A stretch of DNA of 63,974 bases, the filler included, from Methanobacteriota archaeon (lineage in GTDB: Archaea; JACRDV01): NCBI GenBank assembly GCA_024860865.1. It is 6 parts of 6 records of this genome, joined end to end, with 100 filler letters (N's around TTAATTAATTAA, not from the genome) between each part and the next. Parts side by side here need not be neighbours in the genome. Positions count along the whole stretch, not along the records: positions 1 to 20,428 come from JACRDV010000071.1; positions 20,529 to 41,839 come from JACRDV010000069.1; 4 more parts are not named here. One strand, given 5' to 3'. The translations under genes and the position numbers were made by a program. Of the stretch, positions 10,564-21,088 are shown one piece after another (the stretch's first letter is position 1; every line of letters starts with the position of its first letter). A model generated the notes under the pieces. That model worked only from the letters and a program-made list of their open reading frames with translations, was not told the DNA's origin and made no database searches.

Positions 10564-11043
10564 TTAGCTCATTCTCTCAAGAAGTTTTGAAATTTCTTTG
10601 CCGCGATAACCTAAGGCTCCCCCTTCTTTAAAAGTGCGTTTGATTCCTTCGTATCCGCCTCGAGGCGGTTTGAGCCTGAAAACAAGCTTAAGGCTCGGGA
10701 AATCTTTTAAATTTGCTTTTGAGTTTGCAACAGCTTTGGCAAATTCTTCAATAGAAGTAAATTTTGTGCATTTCTTTATTTCATCATCAGTTAATGATGC
10801 GCCGCCAACCAGTTCTCCGCGCTCTTTCAGAAGCATAGCAATTGTTTGTGCATCGACTTCACCCCAAGTCACGTAGTCTTTCACTTTTCGCAACATTCCT
10901 CTATAGGTTGGGTCATCCCCAATTATAATAGCATGATTGACTTGGGTTAATCTGAGTATTTTTAGCGCATCGCAAATCTGTTGTGGCACCTTTACACTTC
11001 CTCGAACTCTGACCACTGCAATTTTAATTGACATCGTAATCAC
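10564..11043 (-). CDS. rpl30: 50S ribosomal protein L30
   Basis: [25 protein letters not shown]. Confidence 0.97.
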   Translation of the reverse strand: MITMSIKIAVVRVRGSVKVPQQICDALKILRLTQVNHAIIIGDDPTYRGMLRKVKDYVTWGEVDAQTIAMLLKERGELVGGASLTDDEIKKCTKFTSIEEFAKAVANSKANLKDFPSLKLVFRLKPPRGGYEGIKRTFKEGGALGYRGKEISKLLERMS

Positions 11044-11052
11044 TAAGTAAAA

Positions 11053-11681
11053 CTATTTTTTGAATTTTAAAATTGGAACTCGAGTTAGCCTCAATTTTTG
11101 AAGGGCATTAAAAGTTGCTTTTGCATAGTTTATTCGGGTGCATGTCATCCCCTCAGACTTAGACCAAACGTCTTTAATCCCAGCAAGTTTTAAAACAGAT
11201 TTTCCAGTATCCCCTATAGCAAGTCCTAAACCACGCGGAGCGGGCAAAAGGGTGACTTTTATACTTCCAGCCTTTCCAATTGCTTCTGCAATGATACTGT
11301 GGGATTGACCGCAACCGCATTCCCAAGATCCACAGCCACGTCGAACATCGATTAAATTTAACTTGGCATTTTCAATTGCTTTCGGATAGCGGGTCCAACT
11401 TCTTTTGCTTTACCCTGTCCGAGTCCAATATACCCATCTTCATTGCCAATTACAACAGTCGCTCTAAATTTGCTTCGGCGACCTGAAGCATGCATTTTTT
11501 GAACTAAACCGATATCAATAACTTCTTCTCTCAAATTTGGAACTAATACATCGACAATTTGAGGCTCTAAAATTGGCAAACCTTTGCGCAAAATTTCTTC
11601 TAAGCTAGCAATTTTCCCCTCCTTTACCGTCCTGCCTAATTTTGTTTTTGGTTGCCAAGCTTCTAAATCAACTTCTGGCAA
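11053..11681 (-). CDS. rps5: 30S ribosomal protein S5 with an apparent 1-nt frameshift at ~11381
   Basis: WQPKTKLG...EVGPAIRK, then in the shifted frame [23 protein letters not shown]...PAPRGLGL. Confidence 0.93.
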
Positions 11682-11685
11682 ATTA

Positions 11686-12282
11686 TTAACCTCCGATTTT
11701 CTCTGCAATAGCTTGTTTAACCTGTTCAAAATGTTCTGTAAGTTTTTCAGGCATAAGTCCGCTCTTTATATAAACCGAAAAGTGTTTTTCGTATTTTGCA
11801 ACATCTCTTTCTTTCAAAGTTTTTGCATAATTTGCGATATGCTCTCCTTTGATCCGGGAATTATCAGGAAGTATATCCTCACTGCATGGAACACTCATAC
11901 CTGCATCTATGGTGCCTTTAACTGCCGCATATGCGCGAGATCCTTTAACAGAGGATTGAAGTCCAGTGTCGAGAACCCCCTCTTTAATTCCAGCTTTGAT
12001 GGCTTTGATGCCACAGAGATATCCGGTTAAGTATGCTGAGGGAATATTTCCACAGCTGCCTAACCATTTAAAATCGCGTTTAAGTTCATTTGTATGAGCA
12101 GAAATCAAAGTCTCATCGCCTTTTGGTATGGACCTAATAAGCTGAACTATTGTATGATTAAGGGTTTTTCGGATAACTATCCGTGGCTTCCTAGAAAGGA
12201 GTAATTTTAAGCGTTGTCGATAATCAGTTAATCCTTTGCGCTTTCTGCGAAATTGTACACGATATCTCGGACCAATTGCCAT
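11686..12282 (-). CDS. rpl18: 50S ribosomal protein L18
   Basis: [25 protein letters not shown]; start trimmed from the longer ORF. Confidence 0.97.
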   Translation of the reverse strand: MAIGPRYRVQFRRKRKGLTDYRQRLKLLLSRKPRIVIRKTLNHTIVQLIRSIPKGDETLISAHTNELKRDFKWLGSCGNIPSAYLTGYLCGIKAIKAGIKEGVLDTGLQSSVKGSRAYAAVKGTIDAGMSVPCSEDILPDNSRIKGEHIANYAKTLKERDVAKYEKHFSVYIKSGLMPEKLTEHFEQVKQAIAEKIGG

Positions 12283-12286
12283 TTTA

Positions 12287-12736
12287 TTACCTCGTGAGCA
12301 AACCTTTTTCTTTAATATAAACATCCAAGTGAGCTTTACTGCGAAAAGCTCCACCTTTTGCCATTTTGTAGAGCCTGCGGTAGGTTTTTGTTTCAATTAA
12401 TTTTTTATGGCGCAATTCTTTTAATCGATCTCGAAGTGCTCTGATCAAGTTCATCCAAGTTTCTTTAGTTGGGGCTTTAGCTCCCTTTTTCCCTTTTCTA
12501 CTTCCAATTCCTCTCCTTCTTCCTAACTTTTTCTTCCTATGCCTTTCCCTAGCTCTAACTCGGCTGATTCCTTTTTCAGGCTGAACTTTAATTGAACCAT
12601 CAAGAATTAATTTGCGGACATCTTCTCTGGTTATAGCAGCGGCTATTTCGCTAGTTCGAGTTGGATTGATCCAAATGCGGGATGCCCCAACTTTTAATAT
12701 TTCGGTGGCTAATCTTCGTTGAACTGTTAATGGCAC
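12287..12736 (-). CDS. rpl19e: 50S ribosomal protein L19e
   Basis: [28 protein letters not shown]. Confidence 0.97.
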   Translation of the reverse strand: MPLTVQRRLATEILKVGASRIWINPTRTSEIAAAITREDVRKLILDGSIKVQPEKGISRVRARERHRKKKLGRRRGIGSRKGKKGAKAPTKETWMNLIRALRDRLKELRHKKLIETKTYRRLYKMAKGGAFRSKAHLDVYIKEKGLLTR

Positions 12737-12745
12737 AATGTCACC

Positions 12746-13126
12746 TCATAAGTTAAGGACTTTTATTTTCATTTCAATAGCTTTTTGGGCAATAAGCTGT
12801 CGTTTTCGTTTTCCGACTGATGCTGCAATTCTAACGGCTTGTACTCTTGGATCAACTTTTTCAAGCTCTTTAGGAGTCTGAACTAAGATTTCTTTATACC
12901 CGGATGGGTGAAGTCCTCGCACAGATTTTGGTGCTCGATACCCTGGCTCTGGAATTACACCTTTACTTTTCTGGTGTAGCCGAACTTTGCTGCTAATACC
13001 TCTTGGCCGCCGCCAACCCTCTTTTAAAGGCCTGTGTTTAAACCATTCACGTCTTCTAAAGGTCGGATGTCTTTTTTTCATTTTTTCACGTAATTTCAAT
13101 AATCTCTTTTCAACCAATTTTTTCAC
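12746..13126 (-). CDS. rpl32e: 50S ribosomal protein L32e
   Basis: WRRPRG, RGLHPSG. Confidence 0.97.
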   Translation of the reverse strand: MKKLVEKRLLKLREKMKKRHPTFRRREWFKHRPLKEGWRRPRGISSKVRLHQKSKGVIPEPGYRAPKSVRGLHPSGYKEILVQTPKELEKVDPRVQAVRIAASVGKRKRQLIAQKAIEMKIKVLNL

Positions 13127-13675
13127 CTATACTGGAACTCCATCTCTTTCCACAAGAAAAACGCCATCCTGAAAAACTCTTGGGTCTCGGCGACGAATTC
13201 GAGTAGCCTGCTCGATATTAGCCGATGTTTGACCTACAGTCTCTTTATCTATTCCTCGAACAGAAACAATGTTTCCACTCACTTTAACTTCAGTTTTTCC
13301 CACTATCTCAGCGAATCTTGTGCGTTTTTCACCTAAAAAATTCTCAATAGTGATTTTATTGCCACTAACTTTAACGGAAATTGGAAAATGAGCATAAACT
13401 ATCTTTAGTTTATATTCAAATCCTTTTGTTACACCCTTAATCATATTTTGGATATGAGCTTTAATTGTCCTAAGCAGAGCTCTTTGAGGCCGGCGAGGAT
13501 TAACGCATCTAAACAAGATTTTTTTATTTTGTTTCTCGAGGGTGATCCCAGCTATTGGCAGTTCGCGCTCAAGTTGGCCTTTGGGACCATTCACAAATAC
13601 TTTGTTTCTCTCTATTTTGACTTCTACACCATCCGGAATATCGACAATCTCTTCAATTATTTCAGCAGTTGCCAA
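13127..13675 (-). CDS. rpl6: 50S ribosomal protein L6
   Basis: YAHFPI, NFLGEK, RDPRVFQDG. Confidence 0.97.
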   Translation of the reverse strand: MATAEIIEEIVDIPDGVEVKIERNKVFVNGPKGQLERELPIAGITLEKQNKKILFRCVNPRRPQRALLRTIKAHIQNMIKGVTKGFEYKLKIVYAHFPISVKVSGNKITIENFLGEKRTRFAEIVGKTEVKVSGNIVSVRGIDKETVGQTSANIEQATRIRRRDPRVFQDGVFLVERDGVPV

Positions 13676-13758
13676 AATTGATACCCCAATATCTTTATCT
13701 TGTGAGTTTATTAGAATTATAAACTATCATGAAAAGAATTTATGTAAATCATTAAAAC

Positions 13759-14148
13759 TCAGTACACATAGCAGAGCAGCCTTCCACCTAGATTCGATTC
13801 CCTTGCTTTTATATGAGTAAGAATGCCTTGCGGTGTTGAAAGAATTAACATTCCCATTCCTTTAGCAGGAAGATATCTTTTCTCCCATTTTTCAAACTCA
13901 GTTTTTTTTATAGCTGACCGTGGTCGAATAGGCCCACATCTATTTATTTTTCCTAGTAGTTGAACTTTAAATTTTCCAGCTTTTCCATCATCTATGAACT
14001 CAAATTCTCCTATGTATCCTTCTTCTTGCATTACTCGTAAAACTTTGCCAATCAATTTTGAAGCCGGGTGTATTACACATTCTTGTCTTCCAAGAACCTC
14101 ATGATTTTTTATTGTGATCATTGCATTAGAAAGAGTATCCATTAGCAC
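13759..14148 (-). CDS. rps8: 30S ribosomal protein S8
   Basis: [30 protein letters not shown]. Confidence 0.97.
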   Translation of the reverse strand: MLMDTLSNAMITIKNHEVLGRQECVIHPASKLIGKVLRVMQEEGYIGEFEFIDDGKAGKFKVQLLGKINRCGPIRPRSAIKKTEFEKWEKRYLPAKGMGMLILSTPQGILTHIKARESNLGGRLLCYVY

Positions 14149-14159
14149 AGTAATCTCCC

Positions 14160-14306
14160 TCAACCATATTTCTCAAATCCTAATTCCCTTGCAGCCTCAC
14201 GAAAACATTTTCTACAGATCATTAATCCATATTTTCTTACTAAACCAGTAAATGTACCACATCGCCAACATTTGTTTGCTCCGCGACCAAATTTTTTTCG
14301 GGCCAA
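14160..14306 (-). CDS. rps14: 30S ribosomal protein S14 (Zn type; absent from the ORF track)
   Basis: Manual translation: [48 protein letters not shown]. Confidence 0.95.
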   Translation of the reverse strand: MARKKFGRGANKCWRCGTFTGLVRKYGLMICRKCFREAARELGFEKYG

Positions 14307-14308
14307 AA

Positions 14309-14854
14309 TTACTCCTCTACAATGTTAAGTTTGGAGAAACTCTCCTTAAGAAATGCCTTTGTTTCTTCAGGTGTTAGCATATGTTTTGGCGGAATTTTTC
14401 TTTTTTCATGTCGACGTTCTTTAACCCTAAAACCTGCCCGGTTAAATGTTATACAAACATCCATCCCAAAAATACCAAGTGATGGATCATACTTGATGCC
14501 GGGGATATCGATGTGCTCTTTTATACCAAATGATAAATTACCAAATTTATCAAATTGTGAACGTTTTAGTTTGTTTCCTACGGCTTCAAATGCTTTCTCT
14601 AAAAATTGTTTAGCACGTTCTCGGCGTAAAGTGGCTTTGCAGCCAATGGGCATCCCACGTTTAATTCCAAAATCGGGATTAGTGACCTTTGCTTGAGTTC
14701 TAACTGGTTTTTGTTTAGCAAGTTTTTCAAGGATGGTTTCAGCTTTTGCTAAACGCTCTCCAGCTTCGCCAACACCGATATTGATAGTGACTTTTTCAAT
14801 TTTTGGCTGTAACATTGGATGTTCTTGCCATTTTTTTGTAAAATCTTCTGGCAT
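14309..14854 (-). CDS. rpl5: 50S ribosomal protein L5
   Basis: [27 protein letters not shown]. Confidence 0.97.
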   Translation of the reverse strand: MPEDFTKKWQEHPMLQPKIEKVTINIGVGEAGERLAKAETILEKLAKQKPVRTQAKVTNPDFGIKRGMPIGCKATLRRERAKQFLEKAFEAVGNKLKRSQFDKFGNLSFGIKEHIDIPGIKYDPSLGIFGMDVCITFNRAGFRVKERRHEKRKIPPKHMLTPEETKAFLKESFSKLNIVEE

Positions 14855-15600
14855 TAGACAACCTCTGGCAGTGAAATCGTTGGCTCTTCTTTGCCAATAA
14901 CAAAGACATAGTCTTTAATAGTTTGGAATACGCTCCCCGCGCTATCTTTTATCGAGACAACAGTTGGATAGGGGCCACGCTTTATAATTGTGTCTTGAAT
15001 CTCCCCAAATTTTCCCGCGCGAACTCCATCAATAATTAGAGCTAAACTTCCGTTTTCAAATTTTAAATGAGACAAAATTTGTTGTTGAGGCAAACTTATT
15101 TTTAAGACATCACCGGTGTTGTAAACATCCTCCATACGAGCTTTTGGATCTTTAACTTTGATTAGAATATTTTTTCCATCGTGCAAATTAAGTTGGATAT
15201 TTCCATTTTTTAGCGTCGTTTTATTTTCGATTCTACATAGTTTAAAATCAGCTTTATCTTCTATTTTGTTGAGCATGATTTCTCCTTTTGCATTAAGAAT
15301 AACACGATATTTTTCATTTGTGGGAATAATCTCAACGACATCCATTAATCCTACTGGGAACTTATAATCCCGGCGAATTTTTCCATCAACTTTTACTTTC
15401 CCTTCATTCAAGATGGTTTTAACTTCTCGCGCATTATCTGCATACTTGAGTATATCTCTGAGAACTATGGCCAGTGGTAGACAGCGGTGAGCTGGGTGAG
15501 GTCCAGCCATCGGTTTTACTGTCCATTTTGCTATTTTTTTAGGCACTGGCCAAACAGCCAAAAATCTTTTCATATGTTTACTGCTACCGATTCTTCCCAT
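14854..15600 (-). CDS. rps4e: 30S ribosomal protein S4e
   Basis: [29 protein letters not shown]. Confidence 0.97.
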   Translation of the reverse strand: MGRIGSSKHMKRFLAVWPVPKKIAKWTVKPMAGPHPAHRCLPLAIVLRDILKYADNAREVKTILNEGKVKVDGKIRRDYKFPVGLMDVVEIIPTNEKYRVILNAKGEIMLNKIEDKADFKLCRIENKTTLKNGNIQLNLHDGKNILIKVKDPKARMEDVYNTGDVLKISLPQQQILSHLKFENGSLALIIDGVRAGKFGEIQDTIIKRGPYPTVVSIKDSAGSVFQTIKDYVFVIGKEEPTISLPEVV

Positions 15601-15968
15601 TAACCACCAACTCGCTCAATGATTTTCTTGCGCATAGGATCTTTAAGTTCAGCCTCTAATATCTGAACATTTGATGGATGAATTGGATATTGTACTTCTC
15701 TCCCGCCTGTTTTTGCTGAAGTAACTCCTTCAACATAAATGCGCATTTTTTTCAAATCAACTTCAGTTATTTTTCCAATGTGGCCCCTAAAGTCGCCCCG
15801 TAAAATTTTTATTTTATCACCTTTTCGAACGGGTAAACTCCTTCGTTTAAATTTTTCACGGAGCTCAGGTGAAAGATTAGTGCTCATAATTTTTCGGCGG
15901 CGATGCATTGGAGCTTGGAATAAAGCTTTCCTTTGTTTTCTTGGTTGTTGAGCTTTCAAATAGTTCAC
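15600..15968 (-). CDS. rpl24: 50S ribosomal protein L24
   Basis: QPRKQRK, LPVRKGD, PIHPSNV. Confidence 0.97.
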   Translation of the reverse strand: MNYLKAQQPRKQRKALFQAPMHRRRKIMSTNLSPELREKFKRRSLPVRKGDKIKILRGDFRGHIGKITEVDLKKMRIYVEGVTSAKTGGREVQYPIHPSNVQILEAELKDPMRKKIIERVGG

Positions 15969-15969
15969 C

Positions 15970-16434
15970 TTAAATTATAATGCTCGCAGCACCAGCTATG
16001 CTTGGCCAGCGCTCAGCAGCTTCCTTTGCAACAGGTCCTTTTATATCTGAACCTCGAGGGTCACCTTCTGGAGTAACTAAAACAGCAGCATTATCTTCAA
16101 ATTTCACGTGAATCCCTTCCGGCCGGCGGTATTCCTTCTTTTGTCGAATAACAACAGCGTGGACTATCTCTTTTTTAAATTCTGATGTGCATCTCTTCAC
16201 TGAGGCAACAACCATATCTCCCACACCGGCGCTCGGAAGTCGCCCTCGAACCCCCTTATATCTAAGAACTGAAATAATTTGTATAATTCTGGCCCCAGTA
16301 TTGTCGCTAATTCCAATATTTGCGCCAACTGGTAATGCACGAACAACACCAAGAGGTTTCATTTTTGGAAGCTTGGCTTTTTTTCCAATTGATACTTTCC
16401 TTTTTTTTGCTTCAACCTTTGGGTATTTAACCAA
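15970..16434 (-). CDS. rpl14: 50S ribosomal protein L14
   Basis: [28 protein letters not shown]. Confidence 0.96.
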   Translation of the reverse strand: MVKYPKVEAKKRKVSIGKKAKLPKMKPLGVVRALPVGANIGISDNTGARIIQIISVLRYKGVRGRLPSAGVGDMVVASVKRCTSEFKKEIVHAVVIRQKKEYRRPEGIHVKFEDNAAVLVTPEGDPRGSDIKGPVAKEAAERWPSIAGAASIII

Positions 16435-16435
16435 C

Positions 16436-16765
16436 TTACTTTCCCTCCATTTTTTCAACCACAACAAAACTTTTTGTTTTGCTCAATGGTTTACACTCAG
16501 CAATCCTAACACTATCCCCAACCTTTGCACTAATACATGGGGGGTTGTGGGCAGAAATTTTAGAGTGCCGTCGCTCATATCTTTCAAATTTACTGGTATA
16601 TTTTGAATATTCACGTTTGACTACTACAGTTCTGCTCATTTTATCGCTCACTACAATTCCTTCAAGAATTTGTCCTCTCACAGCTAACTTACCGTGCCAA
16701 CAACAATTTGGATCCTCGCACGTTTTTTCTGGAGGTTTTGCATCAAGGCCAATATCCCTTGCCAT
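16436..16765 (-). CDS. rps17: 30S ribosomal protein S17
   Basis: [23 protein letters not shown]. Confidence 0.97.
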   Translation of the reverse strand: MARDIGLDAKPPEKTCEDPNCCWHGKLAVRGQILEGIVVSDKMSRTVVVKREYSKYTSKFERYERRHSKISAHNPPCISAKVGDSVRIAECKPLSKTKSFVVVEKMEGK

Positions 16766-17046
16766 TATTTTACCTCTATTCTCTTTTTTATACGGTCTTC
16801 AGGTCGACCCACTAACAGCTTTCCATAAACTTCGACAATAGTGTCTTCGGGAAGTGTAAAGTGGAGGGTTACTTCCGCTTTAGGAATTGTTTTTTCCTTT
16901 CCATTTTGGTCAATGATTAGAGTGTTTTTTGTTTCGTCTATAACCTTTCCTTTAATCCCAATATAATTGGGATGGGTACTCTTTACAACTTCGGCAAGCA
17001 ACCCAATCAATTCATGTCTGATCAAGTTCTTTGGCGTGATTGACAT
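16765..17046 (-). CDS. rnp1: RNase P protein component 1 (Rpp29)
   Basis: [23 protein letters not shown]. Confidence 0.96.
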   Translation of the reverse strand: MSITPKNLIRHELIGLLAEVVKSTHPNYIGIKGKVIDETKNTLIIDQNGKEKTIPKAEVTLHFTLPEDTIVEVYGKLLVGRPEDRIKKRIEVK

Positions 17047-17122
17047 TTAAATGGCCTCTTCTAACTAGAAAGTGCTAAATAAAATTTTCTTAACTTAAAG
17101 GCTTTAAAAATGTGCTACAATT

Positions 17123-17428
17123 CTAGCGCATGTCAACCATGTCTTCAGAAAAGCCTGAATCCATTAAGACCTTTTTAGCCTTTTCTCTTTGGTCGCCTTG
17201 GAGTTCAATTCGGCCGCCTTTAGCTGTGCCGCCGCAAGCACATTTTGTCTTTAAAGCCTTTGCTAATTCCCAAAGATTAACATCGCGCTCATTTATGCCT
17301 TCAATAAGGGTAACAACCTTGCCGAATCTTCTCTTCATGGTGTAAACTTTGATCTTCTGGATCTCTCTAGCAATTCCCTCGCAAACGCATAGCTCCTTTG
17401 GCAACCCGCAAACTTTGCAAACATCCAT
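17123..17428 (-). CDS. sui1: Translation initiation factor aIF1 (SUI1)
   Basis: CGLPKELCVC, LKTKCACGGT, IELQGD. Confidence 0.96.
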   Translation of the reverse strand: MDVCKVCGLPKELCVCEGIAREIQKIKVYTMKRRFGKVVTLIEGINERDVNLWELAKALKTKCACGGTAKGGRIELQGDQREKAKKVLMDSGFSEDMVDMR

Positions 17429-17438
17429 TTTTTTTAAT

Positions 17439-17657
17439 TCACTCCTTAGGTTTTTGGATCTCCTTTTTTATGGTTAATAACCGAGCAATTGTTTTTCTTA
17501 ATGCTCGGATCCTTCCGGGATTTTCAGGAGGACCACCAGCTGCAATACTAGCTCTAATTCTAGCTAGATCGGTCCTGAGTTCCTTAATTTTCTCATCGAT
17601 TTCCTCAGGGGACATCTCTCGAATTTTACCCTTCCTTAGTATCGCCACTCTTTTCAC
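17439..17657 (-). CDS. rpl29: 50S ribosomal protein L29
   Basis: IREMS, ENPGRIRALRKTIARLLT. Confidence 0.96.
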   Translation of the reverse strand: MKRVAILRKGKIREMSPEEIDEKIKELRTDLARIRASIAAGGPPENPGRIRALRKTIARLLTIKKEIQKPKE

Positions 17658-18327
17658 TCTCAGCTACAGCCTCTACTTGAGCTTCTTCTGGTTTCGATAC
17701 TGGAGTAATTTGAGCAACTTTCTGTTCCTGTTCCTTTAGCTTAATTTCATCGGGAAAAACAGCATAAGGTGGCATAATTCTGACTACTACACCAACTATG
17801 CCCGGTTTCAGATTAGCTTGAACATCGGCTTCTAGCACGAAGTTTTCGGCAGCTTCACCGCATTTTCTGATATGTCCCTCTCTAAATTTTTCATATCTAG
17901 CTCGTTCACCGCTTATTTTTCCAGAAATTATAATCTCAGCACCTTTTGCACCTGCATCCATAATTCTTTTTAAAGCAGTATAAGAAACTCGTCTGAAATG
18001 CATGCCTCTTTCCAATGCAGAGGCAATCCTTTGGGCCATTATCATAGCATTGAGTTCAGGAACTTCAACTTCTCTAACTTCAAGCTGTGGATTTTCAATC
18101 TTGAATTCTTCTTCTAGGACTTTAGTAAGACGTTTTATTTGTTTACCACGGCCACCGATTACCATACCTGGGCGTTCAGCATAAATTGCAATTCTAGTTC
18201 CCAATGGTGTGCGTTGAATTTCCATTCCACCATAGCCTGAGCGCCTAAGTTCAGAAAGTAAGAATTCGTTGATGCGCAGGCGCTTAATGTTTTCAGAGAT
18301 GAAATGCAATTCAGCTGGCAGGTTCAT
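17626..18327 (-). CDS. rps3: 30S ribosomal protein S3
   Basis: RTPLGT, PGMVIG, ALERGMHFRR. Confidence 0.97.
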   Translation of the reverse strand: MNLPAELHFISENIKRLRINEFLLSELRRSGYGGMEIQRTPLGTRIAIYAERPGMVIGGRGKQIKRLTKVLEEEFKIENPQLEVREVEVPELNAMIMAQRIASALERGMHFRRVSYTALKRIMDAGAKGAEIIISGKISGERARYEKFREGHIRKCGEAAENFVLEADVQANLKPGIVGVVVRIMPPYAVFPDEIKLKEQEQKVAQITPVSKPEEAQVEAVAESEKSGDTKEG

Positions 18328-18333
18328 ACGCCC

Positions 18334-18792
18334 CTATTGTTCTTCAAGAATAGCTTCAATGTGTGTGCGTTGAGTTTCAAATGGTGTAACACGGCCAAAC
18401 GCTCTTGGGGTCCAACCTGGAAGTGGAGTAGTTTTTTTTGCAGAAATATGCTTAATGTAAAGTCTTTCCACATCAAGTCCTTTGTAAACAGCATTTGACT
18501 CAGCATTCTCTAAAATTTCTAAGATTTGCTTTGCAGCCTTTACTGGATATCTTCCAGCATCCCAATTGACTCCTCTTTTATGGCCAACCTTACTTCGGTA
18601 ACGTTTGTAGGGGATAGGTGTCTTCTTCTTAGAAACTTTTTCCAACAAATCCTTTGCTTTAATTAATCTCATTCCTCTTAGTACTCGACAAATCTCAACG
18701 GAATCTTTCGGCGAAATTTGAAGAGCTCTACCCATGACCTTTGCAGTCTTTTCTACATTCACTGCTTTTAGAGAGTAGCCAAGCTTTGCCAT
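18334..18792 (-). CDS. rpl22: 50S ribosomal protein L22
   Basis: ISPKDSVEIC, GRYPVKAA, PRAFGR. Confidence 0.97.
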   Translation of the reverse strand: MAKLGYSLKAVNVEKTAKVMGRALQISPKDSVEICRVLRGMRLIKAKDLLEKVSKKKTPIPYKRYRSKVGHKRGVNWDAGRYPVKAAKQILEILENAESNAVYKGLDVERLYIKHISAKKTTPLPGWTPRAFGRVTPFETQRTHIEAILEEQ

Positions 18793-19241
18793 TTGTTCTC
18801 ACTTTGATATTTAGAGAGTCTCCTCACTTTTAATATAGCTATCTAATAAACGTTTGGTCAAAAGGGCGATTGTTCGAGTTTCTTTACTTACACGCAAGAA
18901 TTCTAGCTCCTAAATTGTATAAGTAACAGAGTATTTTTAAATTTTTTGCGGCATTAACGGGTTTTAGGCTAAAATAAGCTTGTTTTTATCCATATGTTTC
19001 GACATCCAGGGATATTCCTTTATAATAATTTCGCGAGAATACCATTTGCTTTTAGCTGGGGGATGAATGCTTTATTTAGCGTTGGGAGGAGGTCACCTGA
19101 TGCTTCTATGATTTTCCACAAATTTTGGAGGTCTTTTTTCTCATCGAAACTTTCTAAAAAATAATATGAGAGAGGCAACTTCTCAGAAGGTTAAATTTTT
19201 ATTGAAGAAAAAGACTTCTACTGATTAAATGCTAAGCATTA

Positions 19242-19583
19242 CTATTTAAGCGGGACGTATATGCTGGATTTCGTTGCGCCCATCCCTGGTGCACCGTGAA
19301 GTACTCTTTTTCTGGTTAGAATAAATTCACCAAGATAGTGACCAACCATTTCAGGGAGGATAATCATATCTCTATTATGAGTTCGGAGGATAGGAACCTT
19401 GCTTCCCCGCCTCAGCAATCTCTTAGCTCGTTTAACTCTTTCCAAAAACTTCTTCTGACGAGATGAAAAACCTCGAAGCATAGACCTGCGCTGACGTGAG
19501 GGTAGGAGTTTTATAAATTCATCCATTGGCATTTTTTCCAATTGTTCAAAGGTGAGCCCGCGATAAGTAAACTCTTTTGGCAA
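19242..19583 (-). CDS. rps19: 30S ribosomal protein S19, apparently missing an internal segment
   Basis: [42 protein letters not shown] start just after the rpl2 stop. Confidence 0.93.
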   Translation of the reverse strand: MPKEFTYRGLTFEQLEKMPMDEFIKLLPSRQRRSMLRGFSSRQKKFLERVKRAKRLLRRGSKVPILRTHNRDMIILPEMVGHYLGEFILTRKRVLHGAPGMGATKSSIYVPLK

Positions 19584-19584
19584 A

Positions 19585-20310
19585 TTATCTCCTCCTTCCA
19601 GTTCTGCGCGCTGCAATGTGCCCAACTTTTCTTCCAGGCGGGGCATTTCTCGAAATAGTCGTCGGCCTGCCAGCATGTTGGTGCCTTCCACCGCCAAATG
19701 GATGGTTTACAACATTCATTGCAACACCTCGAACTACAGGCCACTTCCAAGATTTTGCTTTAGAGAGATAATGTACCTTTCCAGCTTTAACAAAAGGCTT
19801 TTCAATTCTTCCTCCACCTGAAACTATGCCAATTGTTGCTCGGCAGTTTGGATCAAGAAATTTCATCTCACCTGAAGGAAGTTGCACAGCGGCTTTATCA
19901 ACTTCATGAGCAACTAAGAGCGCATGAGTTCCAGAGGCACGAGCAAATTTCCCTCCATCACCAGGTTTAGCTTCAACATTAAATATTTGTGCGCCTTCAG
20001 GAATTTCAGCTAAAGGTAAAATGTTGCCAGGCTTTGCTGGAGCTGAAACTCCACAATAGATTTTAGATCCAACTAAAATTCCTTCTGGAGCTAATACTAA
20101 TCTTTCTTCTCCAGTTTCAAATCTAACTCGTGCAACTGGAGCTGTTCTAGCCGGATCATGGAGGATCTCCATTACTTCGCCCCAAAGAGAACCTTCAAGT
20201 TCGCTTTCCTCAAGAGGGCGATAAGTCACTTCGCCTAAATATCTATGGCTAGGGGCCCTATACGTTGGCCCTCCTTTGCCTCTTCTCTGCGATTTTAAAC
20301 GCTTGCCCAT
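19585..20310 (-). CDS. rpl2: 50S ribosomal protein L2
   Basis: [29 protein letters not shown]. Confidence 0.98.
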   Translation of the reverse strand: MGKRLKSQRRGKGGPTYRAPSHRYLGEVTYRPLEESELEGSLWGEVMEILHDPARTAPVARVRFETGEERLVLAPEGILVGSKIYCGVSAPAKPGNILPLAEIPEGAQIFNVEAKPGDGGKFARASGTHALLVAHEVDKAAVQLPSGEMKFLDPNCRATIGIVSGGGRIEKPFVKAGKVHYLSKAKSWKWPVVRGVAMNVVNHPFGGGRHQHAGRPTTISRNAPPGRKVGHIAARRTGRRR

Positions 20311-20319
20311 GTTATTCCC

Positions 20320-20428
20320 TCAAATCACTCCAATTTTAGTTGCGATATCACTTGCTTTATATTCTGTTTTAAGCTTTACATATGCTTTTTTAAGGCCTTT
20401 AGATGTAATTTCAGTATTTATGTCAGCA
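20320..20428 (-). CDS. rpl23: 50S ribosomal protein L23, C-terminal fragment at contig end
   Basis: [35 protein letters not shown]. Confidence 0.92.
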
Positions 20429-20528
20429 NNNNNNNNNNNNNNNNNNNNNNNNNNNNNNNNNNNNNNNNNNNNTTAATTAATTAANNNNNNNNNNNNNNNN
20501 NNNNNNNNNNNNNNNNNNNNNNNNNNNN
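20429..20528. other. Artificial contig linker (N-TTAATTAATTAA-N); same linker at 41840-41939, 46116-46215, 57615-57714, 61581-61680
   Basis: Identical 100-nt spacer with stops in all six frames. Confidence 0.98.
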
Positions 20529-20544
20529 GAAAAAAGGTATCAAA

Positions 20545-20967
20545 TTGCCACCTGAAGTTGTTGATAAAGCTATCACAAATATTTCTAAAACTTATCACAG
20601 CTTAGGCGAATACTATGAAGAGACAAAAAAAGAATTCAATTATATATTAGACCAACTTAACGAAGTTCATTCCTCTCTAAAATCCTTAAAAGAAGAACTT
20701 TCAAATAAAAAGGAAGAGGAAATGGAAAGAGCTTTCCTTTTAAAAGCTAATAAGATTTATAGCGATGCTGTTTTTGCTTATTCTCTATATATCCAAATCT
20801 GTGCTAAGCTAGATAACACTCTCCATGATTTCGCAGGTGTTATTGGACAAGTTAAGGGGATAATAGAGATAACCAAGGGTTTTCAAAGCGAAAAAATAAT
20901 TTCAATGGAAGAAATTGAAAAGATCCAACGCTCGGTAGGAGAGTTTACTTGGAGGTATATCTGGTAA
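20545..20967 (+). CDS. Hypothetical coiled-coil protein, likely 5'-truncated
   Basis: Helical ORF at the contig start. Confidence 0.5.
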   Translation: MPPEVVDKAITNISKTYHSLGEYYEETKKEFNYILDQLNEVHSSLKSLKEELSNKKEEEMERAFLLKANKIYSDAVFAYSLYIQICAKLDNTLHDFAGVIGQVKGIIEITKGFQSEKIISMEEIEKIQRSVGEFTWRYIW

Positions 20968-21088
20968 ACAATCGATTGTAAGAAATCTAATTCTTGAAGT
21001 AATTTACTTATTTAGAATGTGCAGTCTTTCTTTAGCTCATGAGTTTTACTGTGTAAATTACCAAAGAAAGATCTTTTAGATAAAAAAG

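Noticed and set aside
2378-19821. Many plus-strand ORFs over the ribosomal cluster
   Set aside because: Antisense shadows of well-identified minus-strand genes
20429-20528. Recurrent TTAATTAATTAA palindrome
   Set aside because: Artificial contig linker embedded in Ns
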